In this document: piece after piece, positions 37,101-46,853 of the stretch
Layout: each line of letters starts with the position of its first letter
How positions within the stretch are numbered: position 1 is the stretch's first letter
Virus record (IMG/VR): IMGVR_UViG_3300029705_006209
From: an uncultured virus (IMG/VR IMGVR_UViG_3300029705_006209)
Lineage: Duplodnaviria > Heunggongvirae > Uroviricota > Caudoviricetes
DNA length: 64,000 nucleotides
Reading direction: 5' to 3' (one strand)
Translations under genes and position numbers: made by a program
The notes under the pieces: model-generated
The model's database searches: none
Seen by the model: only the letters and a program-made list of their open reading frames with translations
Told to the model about the DNA's origin: nothing

Positions 37101-39299
37101 TCAGTCAAACAAACTGATCTGAATGATCTTTCTCGCTCTTCCTGCAGCCGGAATTCTACCTCCCGGCGAACGATAGTCATCCTTTTGTTTTATATGGAAC
37201 TCCTTCACACGTCCGAAGCTGACTGCCGTTGCTCCCTTTGTAAGTCTCAGCACCTGTACTCCCTGTGTAGACTTCGTAGTCTTGACCGGGATCTTTTCGC
37301 TGCTGAACACGAGAAGCTTTCCATTTGATCCCTGCATAGCAAAGTCCTCGTCCTCGTCTATGATGCAGATTTTAAGAGCATCCGCTACACCACCGTAAGC
37401 ATTAAGAAGCTTTTTCCTGTTCTGCTTTGTCTCGTATGCGGAAAGCGGGAACTTGGCAACCTTGCCGTTGGCAAAGCCGATAAGTACATATTTGCCGGCG
37501 TCAGAGGTGCAAACATGAAGGATCTTCTCCCCCGCCTCAAACTCGCAGAGGTTGTTTATGTAGTCGGCTATATCTGAAGGCTTTGCATCCTTAAGTTCTG
37601 ACAGATTGACCTTGTAGATGGCCTGTCTGTCGGAGAAGACCAGAAGCTCCTTTGAGTTCATGCTGTCAAAAACGGATACGACTTCGTCGCCATCCTTGAA
37701 TTTGACTTCCGGATCATTCTTAAGAGATGTAAGTGCGACTTTCTTTACATAGCCTTCCTTTGTCACATAGACCTTAACCGGATAGTCAGGCTTCTCCTCT
37801 GCGGCAGCCGCAGTGAGTTCCCTGAACTCCGTTATTATTTCAGTCCTTCTTGGCTGTCCGTATTTCTTCTGTACCTCGCGAAGAGCAGCGATGATCAGTT
37901 TATCTATTTCTTTTTCGGAAGACAGCTTTTTCTCGATATCTGCAATCTCATCTTTACGCTGTTCGATCGCCTTTGTCTTGTTCAGGATGTAATCCTTGTT
38001 GAGGTTTCTGAGCTTGATCTCGGCAACATAAGTCGCCTGGGCCTCATCTATGTCAAACCCCTTCATAAGATTCGGAATGACATCCTCATCGAGCTTTGTC
38101 TTCCTTATTATTTTTATTGCCTTGTCTATGTCGAGCAGGACTTTCGCAAGACCTTCGAGCAAATGAAGATCTCTTGACTTCTTAGCGTGATCGAAGCGAA
38201 GCTCTCTCTCAATGCATCCTCTTCTCCATCTGATCCACTCATCAAGTATCTCATACACGCCGATTGCTTTCGGCCTGCCGTCAATAAGAACGGTCATATT
38301 ACAGGAATAGGTATCCTGCAGTTTTGTCATTCGGAAAAGCTTCAGCATGAGCTGGTCCGGGTCGATGCCGGTCTTGTAGTCTATTGCTATCCTGAAGCCG
38401 TGAAGACCTATCTCGTTTCTGACATCCTTGATGCCGTCTATCTTCTTTGCTTTTATGAGGGATATGATGCCCTCGATGATAGCCTCAGCCGTCGTTGTAT
38501 ATGGTATCTCATTTACTTCGATGATTCGGCTTTTGGTGTCCACCGTGTACTTGGCTCTCAAGGCTATCGAGCCTCGACCCGTCCTGTATATCTCGTCGAT
38601 CTCTCCGTTATTGAGAAGGATCATGCCTCCGGTAGTAAAGTCCGGTCCCGGCATGACTTCCCTAAGGTCTTTTCTCGGGTGCTGTATACGAGCGATAGTC
38701 GCATCGCAAAGCTCCGAAAGATTGAATGACGGAATGCTCGATGCCATTCCTACAGCAATGCCCTCGGTCGGATTCGCCAGGATGTTCGGGAATGTTACCG
38801 GAAGAAGCACAGGCTCTTTTCTTGTAGAGTCATAGTTATCTACGAAGTCGACTGTATCTTTTCTGATAGACTTGAAGAATTCTGATGCTACAGGCATCAG
38901 CTTCATCTCTGTGTATCTCGAGGCTGCGCATGCAACATCTCTGCTGTAATGTTTTCCGAAGTTCCCCTTTCCGTCGATCAGGGGCGCAAGCAGCGTCTCG
39001 TTATTCTGTGTCATTCTGACGGCTGTATCGTAATTCGCCTGATCGCCGTGCGGGTTAAGGAGCATCGCTCTGGATGCAACATTCGCGGACTTCGTTCTGG
39101 CTCCGGTCAGCAGTCCCATTTCATACATCGTGTACAGAACCTTTCTGTGCGACGGCTTGAGCCCGTCGATCTCCGGAATAGCTCTCGAAACGATGACCGA
39201 CATGGCATACGGCATGAAATTGCTTTCAAGTACCTCAGGCGCTGTCAGTTCCTGTATTCTTTCGATGATTGGTTTTTCTTCTTTTTTCTTTCGAGGCAT
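37101..39299 (-). CDS. type IIA topoisomerase subunit A (GyrA/ParC-like)
   Basis: RAIPEIDGLKPSHR, PHGD, SRYTE (catalytic Tyr), GIAVGMA, GPDF. Confidence 0.95.
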   Translation of the reverse strand: MPRKKKEEKPIIERIQELTAPEVLESNFMPYAMSVIVSRAIPEIDGLKPSHRKVLYTMYEMGLLTGARTKSANVASRAMLLNPHGDQANYDTAVRMTQNNETLLAPLIDGKGNFGKHYSRDVACAASRYTEMKLMPVASEFFKSIRKDTVDFVDNYDSTRKEPVLLPVTFPNILANPTEGIAVGMASSIPSFNLSELCDATIARIQHPRKDLREVMPGPDFTTGGMILLNNGEIDEIYRTGRGSIALRAKYTVDTKSRIIEVNEIPYTTTAEAIIEGIISLIKAKKIDGIKDVRNEIGLHGFRIAIDYKTGIDPDQLMLKLFRMTKLQDTYSCNMTVLIDGRPKAIGVYEILDEWIRWRRGCIERELRFDHAKKSRDLHLLEGLAKVLLDIDKAIKIIRKTKLDEDVIPNLMKGFDIDEAQATYVAEIKLRNLNKDYILNKTKAIEQRKDEIADIEKKLSSEKEIDKLIIAALREVQKKYGQPRRTEIITEFRELTAAAAEEKPDYPVKVYVTKEGYVKKVALTSLKNDPEVKFKDGDEVVSVFDSMNSKELLVFSDRQAIYKVNLSELKDAKPSDIADYINNLCEFEAGEKILHVCTSDAGKYVLIGFANGKVAKFPLSAYETKQNRKKLLNAYGGVADALKICIIDEDEDFAMQGSNGKLLVFSSEKIPVKTTKSTQGVQVLRLTKGATAVSFGRVKEFHIKQKDDYRSPGGRIPAAGRARKIIQISLFD

Positions 39300-39332
39300 C
39301 TTTTTCTCCTGCTTAGCAACATCATTGCGGAG

Positions 39333-39872
39333 CTACTTACAGCTGTCTGCAACAGCAATCTCACTTCTGAGCATGAGATTGTAAATATCCGGTTTCATGT
39401 AAGGCTTTTCTTTTATGGTCTTTTCTGCAAGCTCCAGAAGCATTTTAAGGTTTTCTCTTGCAACAGCGATATGTGCAGGAGCGGCATCTGGTCTCATTAT
39501 GCTCCACGCTACCCACTCGTCAAAATCTGCCTTAAAATCAGTAACGGCTTCTCTAAGCATTTTCTCCACGAATTTCTGATTTTCATAATATTCAGATTTG
39601 CGAACCTTAACTGGAACAAAATCATTAAGCTCTACACTTAAATCACCGCGCATTTTCTGTACGAAGGTATAAAAGCGATCCCCGATGAATGCCATCCCAG
39701 GGTCATTGCCTTCCCCATCGAACTGCACATTGAACGAAGGCTCTGTCGATTGCAGAAAATAAACGCACGCGCGGATGAACGTTCTCGGGACATCAGAAAA
39801 AAATGATATCTTTCCAATCTCGCGGCCATTGACCGTCCATACGGTATATCTGTCTTTTGGTGTTGAAAACAT
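39333..39872 (-). CDS. hypothetical protein
   Basis: GAAAGGA RBS. Confidence 0.65.
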   Translation of the reverse strand: MFSTPKDRYTVWTVNGREIGKISFFSDVPRTFIRACVYFLQSTEPSFNVQFDGEGNDPGMAFIGDRFYTFVQKMRGDLSVELNDFVPVKVRKSEYYENQKFVEKMLREAVTDFKADFDEWVAWSIMRPDAAPAHIAVARENLKMLLELAEKTIKEKPYMKPDIYNLMLRSEIAVADSCK

Positions 39873-39888
39873 ACTGTAATTCCTTTCT

Positions 39889-40644
39889 TTATTCTTTTCT
39901 TGCGTTAATGATGTCGTCGAAAAATCTGTCGACAGATTCCTGATGGATTCGGACAGCCCTTTCTACACTCTGCTCGCTTGGTGTTTTCACAATAAAGTAT
40001 TTCGACTCGTACTCCCCGACTATTACCTCCATCATGATCCTGGCAAATTCTTCAGTGTTATGGATTTCGAGCTCGTCATTCCATGCCTTGTTCACGTATT
40101 TGCGATATACTTCGCTGTCATACATTGTCAGGTATTTTTTGCAGCGGGGATCATGTTTGCCGTAATCGTTTTCTTCAAGCACCGCCCTGGCCTTATCAAT
40201 AAGCACGCGCATTTCATCAACCGTGTAAAAGTTACCCGCAATGCTGTGATGAGATGTTCTGTACTCTGTGCTGTAGATTCTGCTATAGCGTCTTCTCGGC
40301 TTAATGATTTCCTTCTCAAGACAATCGTGAAGGAACCCAAGAATCAGCAGATCCGCAATAAGGTCATATTCTTCATACTGAAGCATAGCGTTCCACATGC
40401 GGATAGTTGTTTCCTCGCCCTTCGTCATCTTATAAAGCGGTTCGCTTCCTACATAAGTGCGGGGTGTAAATACGCAATGAGTAGGAAAGTAACAGCCCTC
40501 CTGTCTGTACGGGTTTAAATTAATCGGCATGAAGGACGCGTCATACGGGCGTTCCTCAATCAGATCATTATTAATCGTAAATGTATCCGGAATTTTCTCC
40601 AGAACCAGCTTTTTCAGCTTTTCATACTCTTTATTGATGTCCAT
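39889..40644 (-). CDS. hypothetical protein; its ATG abuts the IscB element end
   Basis: The ORF begins at the ATGGA next to the element end; no native RBS is visible. Confidence 0.6.
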   Translation of the reverse strand: MDINKEYEKLKKLVLEKIPDTFTINNDLIEERPYDASFMPINLNPYRQEGCYFPTHCVFTPRTYVGSEPLYKMTKGEETTIRMWNAMLQYEEYDLIADLLILGFLHDCLEKEIIKPRRRYSRIYSTEYRTSHHSIAGNFYTVDEMRVLIDKARAVLEENDYGKHDPRCKKYLTMYDSEVYRKYVNKAWNDELEIHNTEEFARIMMEVIVGEYESKYFIVKTPSEQSVERAVRIHQESVDRFFDDIINARKE

Positions 40645-40674
40645 CAAATATTATAGGCGCGGGTACCTCGCCCT

Positions 40675-41943
40675 CTAAAGGGCGGGTAGGAGCGCCGTTC
40701 TCCTTTCTGTTATATAAGCACTTTGATGCCCTATTAGCGTTATCTTACTTGGTGCGATTTCAAGCTTTTCACCTTCAAGTGTTTTGAGTACGAATGAGCC
40801 TTTTACTCTTCTGCCGTGGATGTACCACATGCTGCCTTTAGCTTTTACCTTGTCGAAAAGCCTGAATCCCTTAACTTCGTAAGGTGCCTGGTTGCGCTTT
40901 CGGATCCCGCCTTTCTGAATAGTCAGCTTGTGTATCTGACGGTTGTGGCGGCGCACTTTCTTCCGGTAGAAGTATTCTTCGGCAGGCTCGGCAGCAGAAT
41001 GGCCTGAAATACAGCGCGCATCGTTTATGTGGCTCTTTTCGAGTCCTGCCTCATGTCGAAGATATAAAGTCGTCGATCCGTAAGTCAGATGAAGCCGTTC
41101 GCCGTAGATGGCTTTGAGGCGTTCGTACAGCGTCCAGCGCATGATGCTCATGTGAGCGGCATGTTTCATGCCGGCTTCAGCTTTTTTGCGTACTTCCGGA
41201 TGACCGAATTCCTCACAGGTGAGATTACCTTTTGCTTCGTTGCACTCGTGGCATGACCAGCCGAGGTTCGTGATGCGGTTCGATCCGCCTCTCGATTTTG
41301 GAGTAAAGTGTTCGACTTCGAAGCGGGCACCGTTACCTTGAGGCTTGCCGCAGTAGCAGCATTTGTGGTCGAACTTCTCCGCAAGGTATTCGCGAATCGT
41401 ATAACCCATGAGCGTGCCCTGCTGGTACTCAATGCCTGTTATCTCGGGATCCTGCATTTTCTGCGTGTCGAACGATGCGACTTCAACAGTGATATCTTTG
41501 ATCGGAAGTATGTTGCATACATTCTCGATAATGCGGACGTGCGTTCCGATCTTCGCCTCGACTGACGGTGCAAGCCATCCTTTGTGCTTTGACTTTACTC
41601 TGTTTTCGAAACGAGCTTTGCGATACCTTGTCTTGCGGTTTCTTCTCGAGCTGCGGTATTCACGCCTTGCTTCGAGGAGCTTGCTTATGTCATCGCGAAG
41701 CTCGACCTCCGAAGCGTACAATTCTTTCGTTTCGGTTGTAGCTGACAGACCGATATGTTTTGATCCGGCATCTACGCCGAGCGTGACTTCCTGAACGATG
41801 TCAGGCGTGTCGCAAGTTAGTTTGATGGTGAACGGACATCTTTTTACTACAATTGCTTTGTTTTCTTTCAGTAAACGACGAACCTTGCCATGCCTTACAG
41901 TAGGCATGAGAGGATGTCCGTCTTTGCTTATCACGTATACCAT
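40675..41943 (-). CDS. iscB: RNA-guided endonuclease IscB
   Basis: PLMP, GVDAG, bridge helix, HNH and SHINDA motifs; same length as copy 1. Confidence 0.95.
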   Translation of the reverse strand: MVYVISKDGHPLMPTVRHGKVRRLLKENKAIVVKRCPFTIKLTCDTPDIVQEVTLGVDAGSKHIGLSATTETKELYASEVELRDDISKLLEARREYRSSRRNRKTRYRKARFENRVKSKHKGWLAPSVEAKIGTHVRIIENVCNILPIKDITVEVASFDTQKMQDPEITGIEYQQGTLMGYTIREYLAEKFDHKCCYCGKPQGNGARFEVEHFTPKSRGGSNRITNLGWSCHECNEAKGNLTCEEFGHPEVRKKAEAGMKHAAHMSIMRWTLYERLKAIYGERLHLTYGSTTLYLRHEAGLEKSHINDARCISGHSAAEPAEEYFYRKKVRRHNRQIHKLTIQKGGIRKRNQAPYEVKGFRLFDKVKAKGSMWYIHGRRVKGSFVLKTLEGEKLEIAPSKITLIGHQSAYITERRTALLPAL

Positions 41944-41954
41944 AAGGCACGACT

Positions 41955-42227
41955 CCTTTCTGAATTTTTGTAAGTTTTATGCGGTAAGCCAGTACTTACG
42001 GACTGTAGTGATACCTTCGCCAATGTTATCGAGAGGTTTTGCGTATGCAATACTGTTCCTACCCGTCAGAACTGTTTAATCACATACCGTATTGCGAGGA
42101 GCTAGGTATTACACTCCAGGGTACCTATATATTCTCTCGTAACGTAGTCAGCTAAGACTTAGGCTAGTCAACCGGGCTTTCACAAGCCCCCGCTTCAAGG
42201 CGTTAGCCTAAGCGGTGGGTGGTTGAC
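41955..42227 (-). ncRNA. omegaRNA scaffold of IscB copy 2
   Basis: Aligns with the copy 1 scaffold minus its two insertions. Confidence 0.85.
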
Positions 42228-42362
42228 TGCTACTCCAAGTGGGATCATATAGTGCCCGCCCACCTTGAGTTCGACGTTTTCTCTGCTTCTGAGGTCAATC
42301 CAGTCGCCTTTTGTTGTCTTTTCGAGACGCGGATAGTCTTTGTCGAAATATCTTACTCTCAT
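42228..42362 (-). pseudogene. dut: dUTPase N-terminal fragment (45 codons)
   Basis: MRVRYF..KGDWIDLRS..IPLGVA is the start of trimeric dUTPases; it is cut at a codon boundary by the IscB element. Confidence 0.75.
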
Positions 42363-42396
42363 TATTTTTGCCTTTCTTCTTTTGATTCGCGAAACC

Positions 42397-43824
42397 TTAC
42401 GGTATATTTTTATCGTCACGCGCCGTTTCTCCGGCTGCGTTTTTCTGCGACATCATCTTTCTGTACCACTGATATGCTTCCTCGGCCCTTTCCTTGCGGC
42501 ATGAACAAAACATTCCTCCATCTGTATATCCCTCGTCCCTGCAAGCATTGCATAGATATGTTCTTGTAAGGTAGTCTTCCGGACGGCCCGACTCAACAAG
42601 AAGACGCTTCTTTTCTTTTTCCAGAAAGATTCTCTTATCGCGAAGCTTCTGCTTCTTTTCTTCTCTCCCCGGGCCTGGCTTCATACCGATTATTCCGCGG
42701 TTCAGTTCCATTTCGGCATCCAGAAGCTCCCTCATTCCCGGAATGCCGGCTTTTACTTCGTCGAGATGACTTGCCTGTTCCTGCTCATATTTTTCCTTGA
42801 TATATCCATAGTAGTCTTTAAGCACTTTTTCGCTTACCTTTGCTTCCGGCTTTTCCGGCTTATTCTCTTCTGTTTTTGAAGCAGGATTACCCGGATCCTG
42901 ATACAAAGGCGCTGATGTTGCTGCCGAACTTTCAGCGGTGATTCCGCCCCTTTTGAGCTCAATTTTCTTCAGTATCTTGGCAACAAAATTTAGTGATGGA
43001 TTTCTGAGCCCTGCAGTCGACCTGCATGCATCAAGAATGTCCTTGAGTGCGTATCCGTCCTCGTTCAGCCACTTGTCGATCATCTCCCTTTCAGCCGGCA
43101 TAGGTGCTCTGGTAAGACTCAACTCTCTGAAGATCTGCTTGTAGACTCCGTTCTTCAGATCATGTTCATCCATGAGTGATTTGGCCTGTTCAACGGTCTC
43201 GCACCCGGCTTCTTTCCAGTTGCGGGCAACCGTTGTTATATATCCCGCATTGCATTTTTCAATGCCAAGACTGGCAGAGTATTCTATGGCAAAATCAAGC
43301 ACATCCGGATCGATTCCGTAATCGATAATAGCTGCCTTAAATGATTCCGCCTCTTTTCTCGATATAGTCCTTCCCGTCTGGTTCTGATACTTCTCCAGAA
43401 TTCTTCTCAGATGATGATTGATCAGCTTTGAAGATGTATCATCTGACATGCCGTCGGTCGCCGCATCGCCGCTTGCAGCAGTTCCCTGCGGAGTATCCGA
43501 CGCCTTCCCGTAGAGCATATCTATCTGGCGGATAAACTCGATGCTGGCTTCTCCGAACTGCCCCGAATTTACGATCCTGACGAGTCCTTCTTTCTCCCAG
43601 TACTTCCATGCATCGAGAAGCTCCATTTCCGTCAGACCCAAAGTATGAGCCATCTGAACCGTGTCGATCTCCATATGGCACTGAGAGTACATCTGCCCGA
43701 AGATGAACACCTTAACGTAATTGCCCGGTGCTTTTGGCAGCATCTCGTTTATAAAGAAATTTTCGATTGTTGTTCCGTACAGAAATACATCCCTGCATTC
43801 TTCTGTTTTTATACGCATTTCCAA
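42397..43824 (-). CDS. DnaD-domain replication protein with C-terminal Zn-binding region
   Basis: TTIENFFINE..APGNYVKV, DnaD repeats (YITTVARNW, FVAKIL), and CNACRDEGY..CSC. Confidence 0.8.
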   Translation of the reverse strand: MEMRIKTEECRDVFLYGTTIENFFINEMLPKAPGNYVKVFIFGQMYSQCHMEIDTVQMAHTLGLTEMELLDAWKYWEKEGLVRIVNSGQFGEASIEFIRQIDMLYGKASDTPQGTAASGDAATDGMSDDTSSKLINHHLRRILEKYQNQTGRTISRKEAESFKAAIIDYGIDPDVLDFAIEYSASLGIEKCNAGYITTVARNWKEAGCETVEQAKSLMDEHDLKNGVYKQIFRELSLTRAPMPAEREMIDKWLNEDGYALKDILDACRSTAGLRNPSLNFVAKILKKIELKRGGITAESSAATSAPLYQDPGNPASKTEENKPEKPEAKVSEKVLKDYYGYIKEKYEQEQASHLDEVKAGIPGMRELLDAEMELNRGIIGMKPGPGREEKKQKLRDKRIFLEKEKKRLLVESGRPEDYLTRTYLCNACRDEGYTDGGMFCSCRKERAEEAYQWYRKMMSQKNAAGETARDDKNIP

Positions 43825-43902
43825 CGTCTCCCCGGAAGTGTGTTTTTTGATACGCTTAACCGATAAAATGTATTCGTATACTTGACGATAATTAATTACT
43901 GT

Positions 43903-45879
43903 TTAGCTTAGGTCGAGATCTTCCATGTTGTAGTCCGAAAAATGAGATTCGATGAATGCCTTGCGAGGCGCCACGTCCGTGCCCATGAACAGATCAAACG
44001 CAGATTCCATAGCCTCAGCCTCCGAATCGGTGATTCGGACGAGTTTTCTTGTTCCCGGAGTGATGAATCTCGCCATCATCTCAGCATCATTCTCTCCGAG
44101 TCCCTTCGAGCGCTGTATGGTAAGCTTCTTAGGGTCCTTCCCTGCTATCAGAGCATCTCTTTCCGCATCACTGAACGCGTACAGCGTTTCTACTTTCTTC
44201 CCCGTTCTATCTGTTATCTCGAACAGCGGAGTCATCGCGTAATAGAGATATCCCTTCTCGATGAGCTGTGGACACAGTCTGTGTATCATAGTAGTTACAA
44301 GACAGATGATATGCATTCCATCCACGTCCTGATCTGCCGTGATTATCACCTTATTGAACCTGAGCCTTGACTCATCAAACTGAGGTATGTCTTTTGGAAG
44401 CTTCTTGCCTCTTACTTCTACGCCGCAGCCAAGCACGCGGATAAGATCCATTATGATGTCTGATCCAAATACGCTCTGAAGCGATGCCTTCTGGATATTG
44501 AGGATCTTCCCTCTTATCGGCATAAGAGCCTGGTAGCCCGGGTCTCTTGCAGTAATAAGACTTCCGGCAGCAGAGTCGCCCTCCACGATGAAAAGCTCCC
44601 TCTTTTCCGGGTCCTTCTCCCTGCAGTCGACGAACTTCTTGACCTTGTTGGTAACGTCGACCTTCTCCATCAGCTTCTTCTTGACCGTGATGCGCTGAGT
44701 CTCTGACTGCTCGCGGCTTCTTTTATTTATAAGGACCTGCTCGATGACCTTGTCGGCTTCAGGCTTATGCTCGATGAACCACACCTGCATATTCGTCCTG
44801 ATGAGATCAGCGAGGAATTCCTGTATATACTTATTATTGATGGCCTTTTTCGTCTGATTCTCGTACGATGTCTGCGTCGAGAATGAATTCGTAACGAGAA
44901 TAAGGCTGTCCTGTATGTCCCCGAAGGTTACTTTGGCTTCCTTCGCCGTATACTTGCCTCTCGATTTGATTTCCTTGTCAAAGGCGGCGACCATAGCCTG
45001 CTTCACGGCTTTATCCGGAGATCCGCCGTGTTCAAGAAACGAGGAGTTGTGGAAATACTTCAATGTCTGCGTCTTGTTGCTGAAGCAGAATGCGATATCC
45101 GCCTTGACAGAGTATTCGTCTCTGTCTGCCCTGTCTCTGCCCTTGCCTTCGCCGGAGAAGATAAAAGGCGTCGTCATGGCTTCTTCATTTGCCAGTTCTT
45201 CGACATAGCCCTTGATGCCATCCGGGTAGATGTAGTCAAACGTCTCGCCTGACTCCTCGTCCGACAGTGTGAATCGTATGCCGGCATTGACGATGGCCTG
45301 CTGCTTGAGCATCTCCTGGATGCGATGAAGAGGAATATTCACATCAGTAAAAACTTCGTCGTCCGGCTTCCAGCGCTGGACTGTTCCCGTCTTACGTGAC
45401 TTGGTCTTGACTTTTTTGAGTTTGCCTTTCGCAACGCCCTTCTCATAGTGCATCGAATAATCATAGCCATCGCGAGTTGACGTTACATCAAACCACTCCG
45501 AGGCATACTGAGTTGCAGCAGAACCGAGTCCGTTAAGACCAAGAGAATAATCATAATTAGAATCAGAATATTTTCCGCCAGCGTAAAGTTCCTCAAAAAC
45601 GAGCTCGTGATTATAGCGCTTCTCCTTTTCATTCCAGTCCATCGGAATGCCACGTCCATAATCTCTGACCTGAATCGAGCCGTCCTTGAATCTGGATACC
45701 TCTATCTTCTTGCCGTGCCCGGACTTCGCCTCGTCAACGGAATTACTGATGATTTCAAATACGCCGTGAATGCAGCCTTCCAGATCATCAGATCCGAAGA
45801 TAACTCCCGGACGTTTTCTGACTCTATCTGCCCCCTTAAGTGCGGATATACTTGAATTATCGTATGCTTTCTTTGCCAC
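43903..45879 (-). CDS. type IIA topoisomerase subunit B (GyrB/ParE-like)
   Basis: EIISNSVDE, DYGRGIP, GLNGLG (GHKL ATPase), VEGDSA, PIRGKILN, DQDVDG (TOPRIM), KGLGE. Confidence 0.95.
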   Translation of the reverse strand: MAKKAYDNSSISALKGADRVRKRPGVIFGSDDLEGCIHGVFEIISNSVDEAKSGHGKKIEVSRFKDGSIQVRDYGRGIPMDWNEKEKRYNHELVFEELYAGGKYSDSNYDYSLGLNGLGSAATQYASEWFDVTSTRDGYDYSMHYEKGVAKGKLKKVKTKSRKTGTVQRWKPDDEVFTDVNIPLHRIQEMLKQQAIVNAGIRFTLSDEESGETFDYIYPDGIKGYVEELANEEAMTTPFIFSGEGKGRDRADRDEYSVKADIAFCFSNKTQTLKYFHNSSFLEHGGSPDKAVKQAMVAAFDKEIKSRGKYTAKEAKVTFGDIQDSLILVTNSFSTQTSYENQTKKAINNKYIQEFLADLIRTNMQVWFIEHKPEADKVIEQVLINKRSREQSETQRITVKKKLMEKVDVTNKVKKFVDCREKDPEKRELFIVEGDSAAGSLITARDPGYQALMPIRGKILNIQKASLQSVFGSDIIMDLIRVLGCGVEVRGKKLPKDIPQFDESRLRFNKVIITADQDVDGMHIICLVTTMIHRLCPQLIEKGYLYYAMTPLFEITDRTGKKVETLYAFSDAERDALIAGKDPKKLTIQRSKGLGENDAEMMARFITPGTRKLVRITDSEAEAMESAFDLFMGTDVAPRKAFIESHFSDYNMEDLDLS

Positions 45880-45888
45880 GTGCTTCTC

Positions 45889-46167
45889 CTATCTGTTGAC
45901 TGCGTCTTTCAGCCCTTTTCCGGCAGTGAATTTAACCCCTTTCTGAGCCGCAACCTCATGCGTCTCTTGCGGTCGCTTCGGGTTTCTGCCGATTCTTGCT
46001 TTTCTCTCCACGACTTCGAATTTACCGAAGCCGACAAGTTTTACACTGTCTCCAGCCACAAGCGCATCCTCAATTGCATCAAGTATTGCATCGACATATT
46101 TTTCTGCCGTCCTTTTATAATCATGCGTTTTTTCTGCGCATGCAGAGACCAATTCCCGTTTTGTCAT
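45889..46167 (-). CDS. hup: HU family DNA-binding protein
   Basis: MTKRELV..LVGFGKFEV..ARIGRNP..F.AGKGLKDAVN. Confidence 0.93.
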   Translation of the reverse strand: MTKRELVSACAEKTHDYKRTAEKYVDAILDAIEDALVAGDSVKLVGFGKFEVVERKARIGRNPKRPQETHEVAAQKGVKFTAGKGLKDAVNR

Positions 46168-46415
46168 TTTAACGCTCTCCTTTTTGTGAACTTATGTTTA
46201 TATTATATTCAAAAAGCATTGAAAAATCAAGCATTTGAGCTCCCAAATCGGCCAGCGTGATTTTCAATATTAATGCACTCCCTCGTCCCTTTGCCTGATT
46301 ATCTCCCCCGCTTGTGCGGGATAGATGATACCCTGTGGGCGCCGGGAAAGGTGCTTAAATACCAGTAGGTTTGCACCTATATATTATCATAGGTAGACTC
46401 CTATAAACAAGGCCT

Positions 46416-46853
46416 CTACTCAAGAAACATCTGGTAGCAAACATCCTTCTTGTACACGCCTTTAAAGCATATTTTCGTATACCCTGCGATAGCCTCTTTG
46501 ACCTCGCTCTCGAGCGGCATACGGTATTTCTCCTGTACCGTGCGCGGAAGTGCAGCCGGAACATACAACGCACCGGCAACGCCGCGAACCATTTTCTGCC
46601 CGCCGAAGACAGCTTCATTGATAAGAGATGCTAGAACCGATTCCAGCGGAGTCACACGGAGCGAGACTTCAAGATATCTCTCAAGCGGAATGCTAGGGGC
46701 CTCTTTGCGCCAGCGCCTTTCTATTTTTTTTGCCTTGCTTTCAGGTACCGCTGCGTACAGTCTTTTAAGGGCGTCCTCTCGGACCTCAAAATCCGAAAAG
46801 TACAGCCCGAGACCATAGATCATATTAGTTTCGCTTTTCATAAAAATCGCCAC
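46416..46853 (-). CDS. hypothetical protein overlapping the end of the ddmE-like gene
   Basis: AGGAG RBS; 29-nt overlap with the upstream gene. Confidence 0.6.
   Translation of the reverse strand: MAIFMKSETNMIYGLGLYFSDFEVREDALKRLYAAVPESKAKKIERRWRKEAPSIPLERYLEVSLRVTPLESVLASLINEAVFGGQKMVRGVAGALYVPAALPRTVQEKYRMPLESEVKEAIAGYTKICFKGVYKKDVCYQMFLE

Larger units (their letters stand above)
40645..42227 (-). mobile_element. IscB element, copy 2
   Basis: Same ends as copy 1, inverted orientation; interrupts a dUTPase gene. Confidence 0.85.

Noticed and set aside
42195..42419. 74-aa ORF as an intact gene
   Set aside because: It is the dUTPase fragment reading into the omegaRNA.
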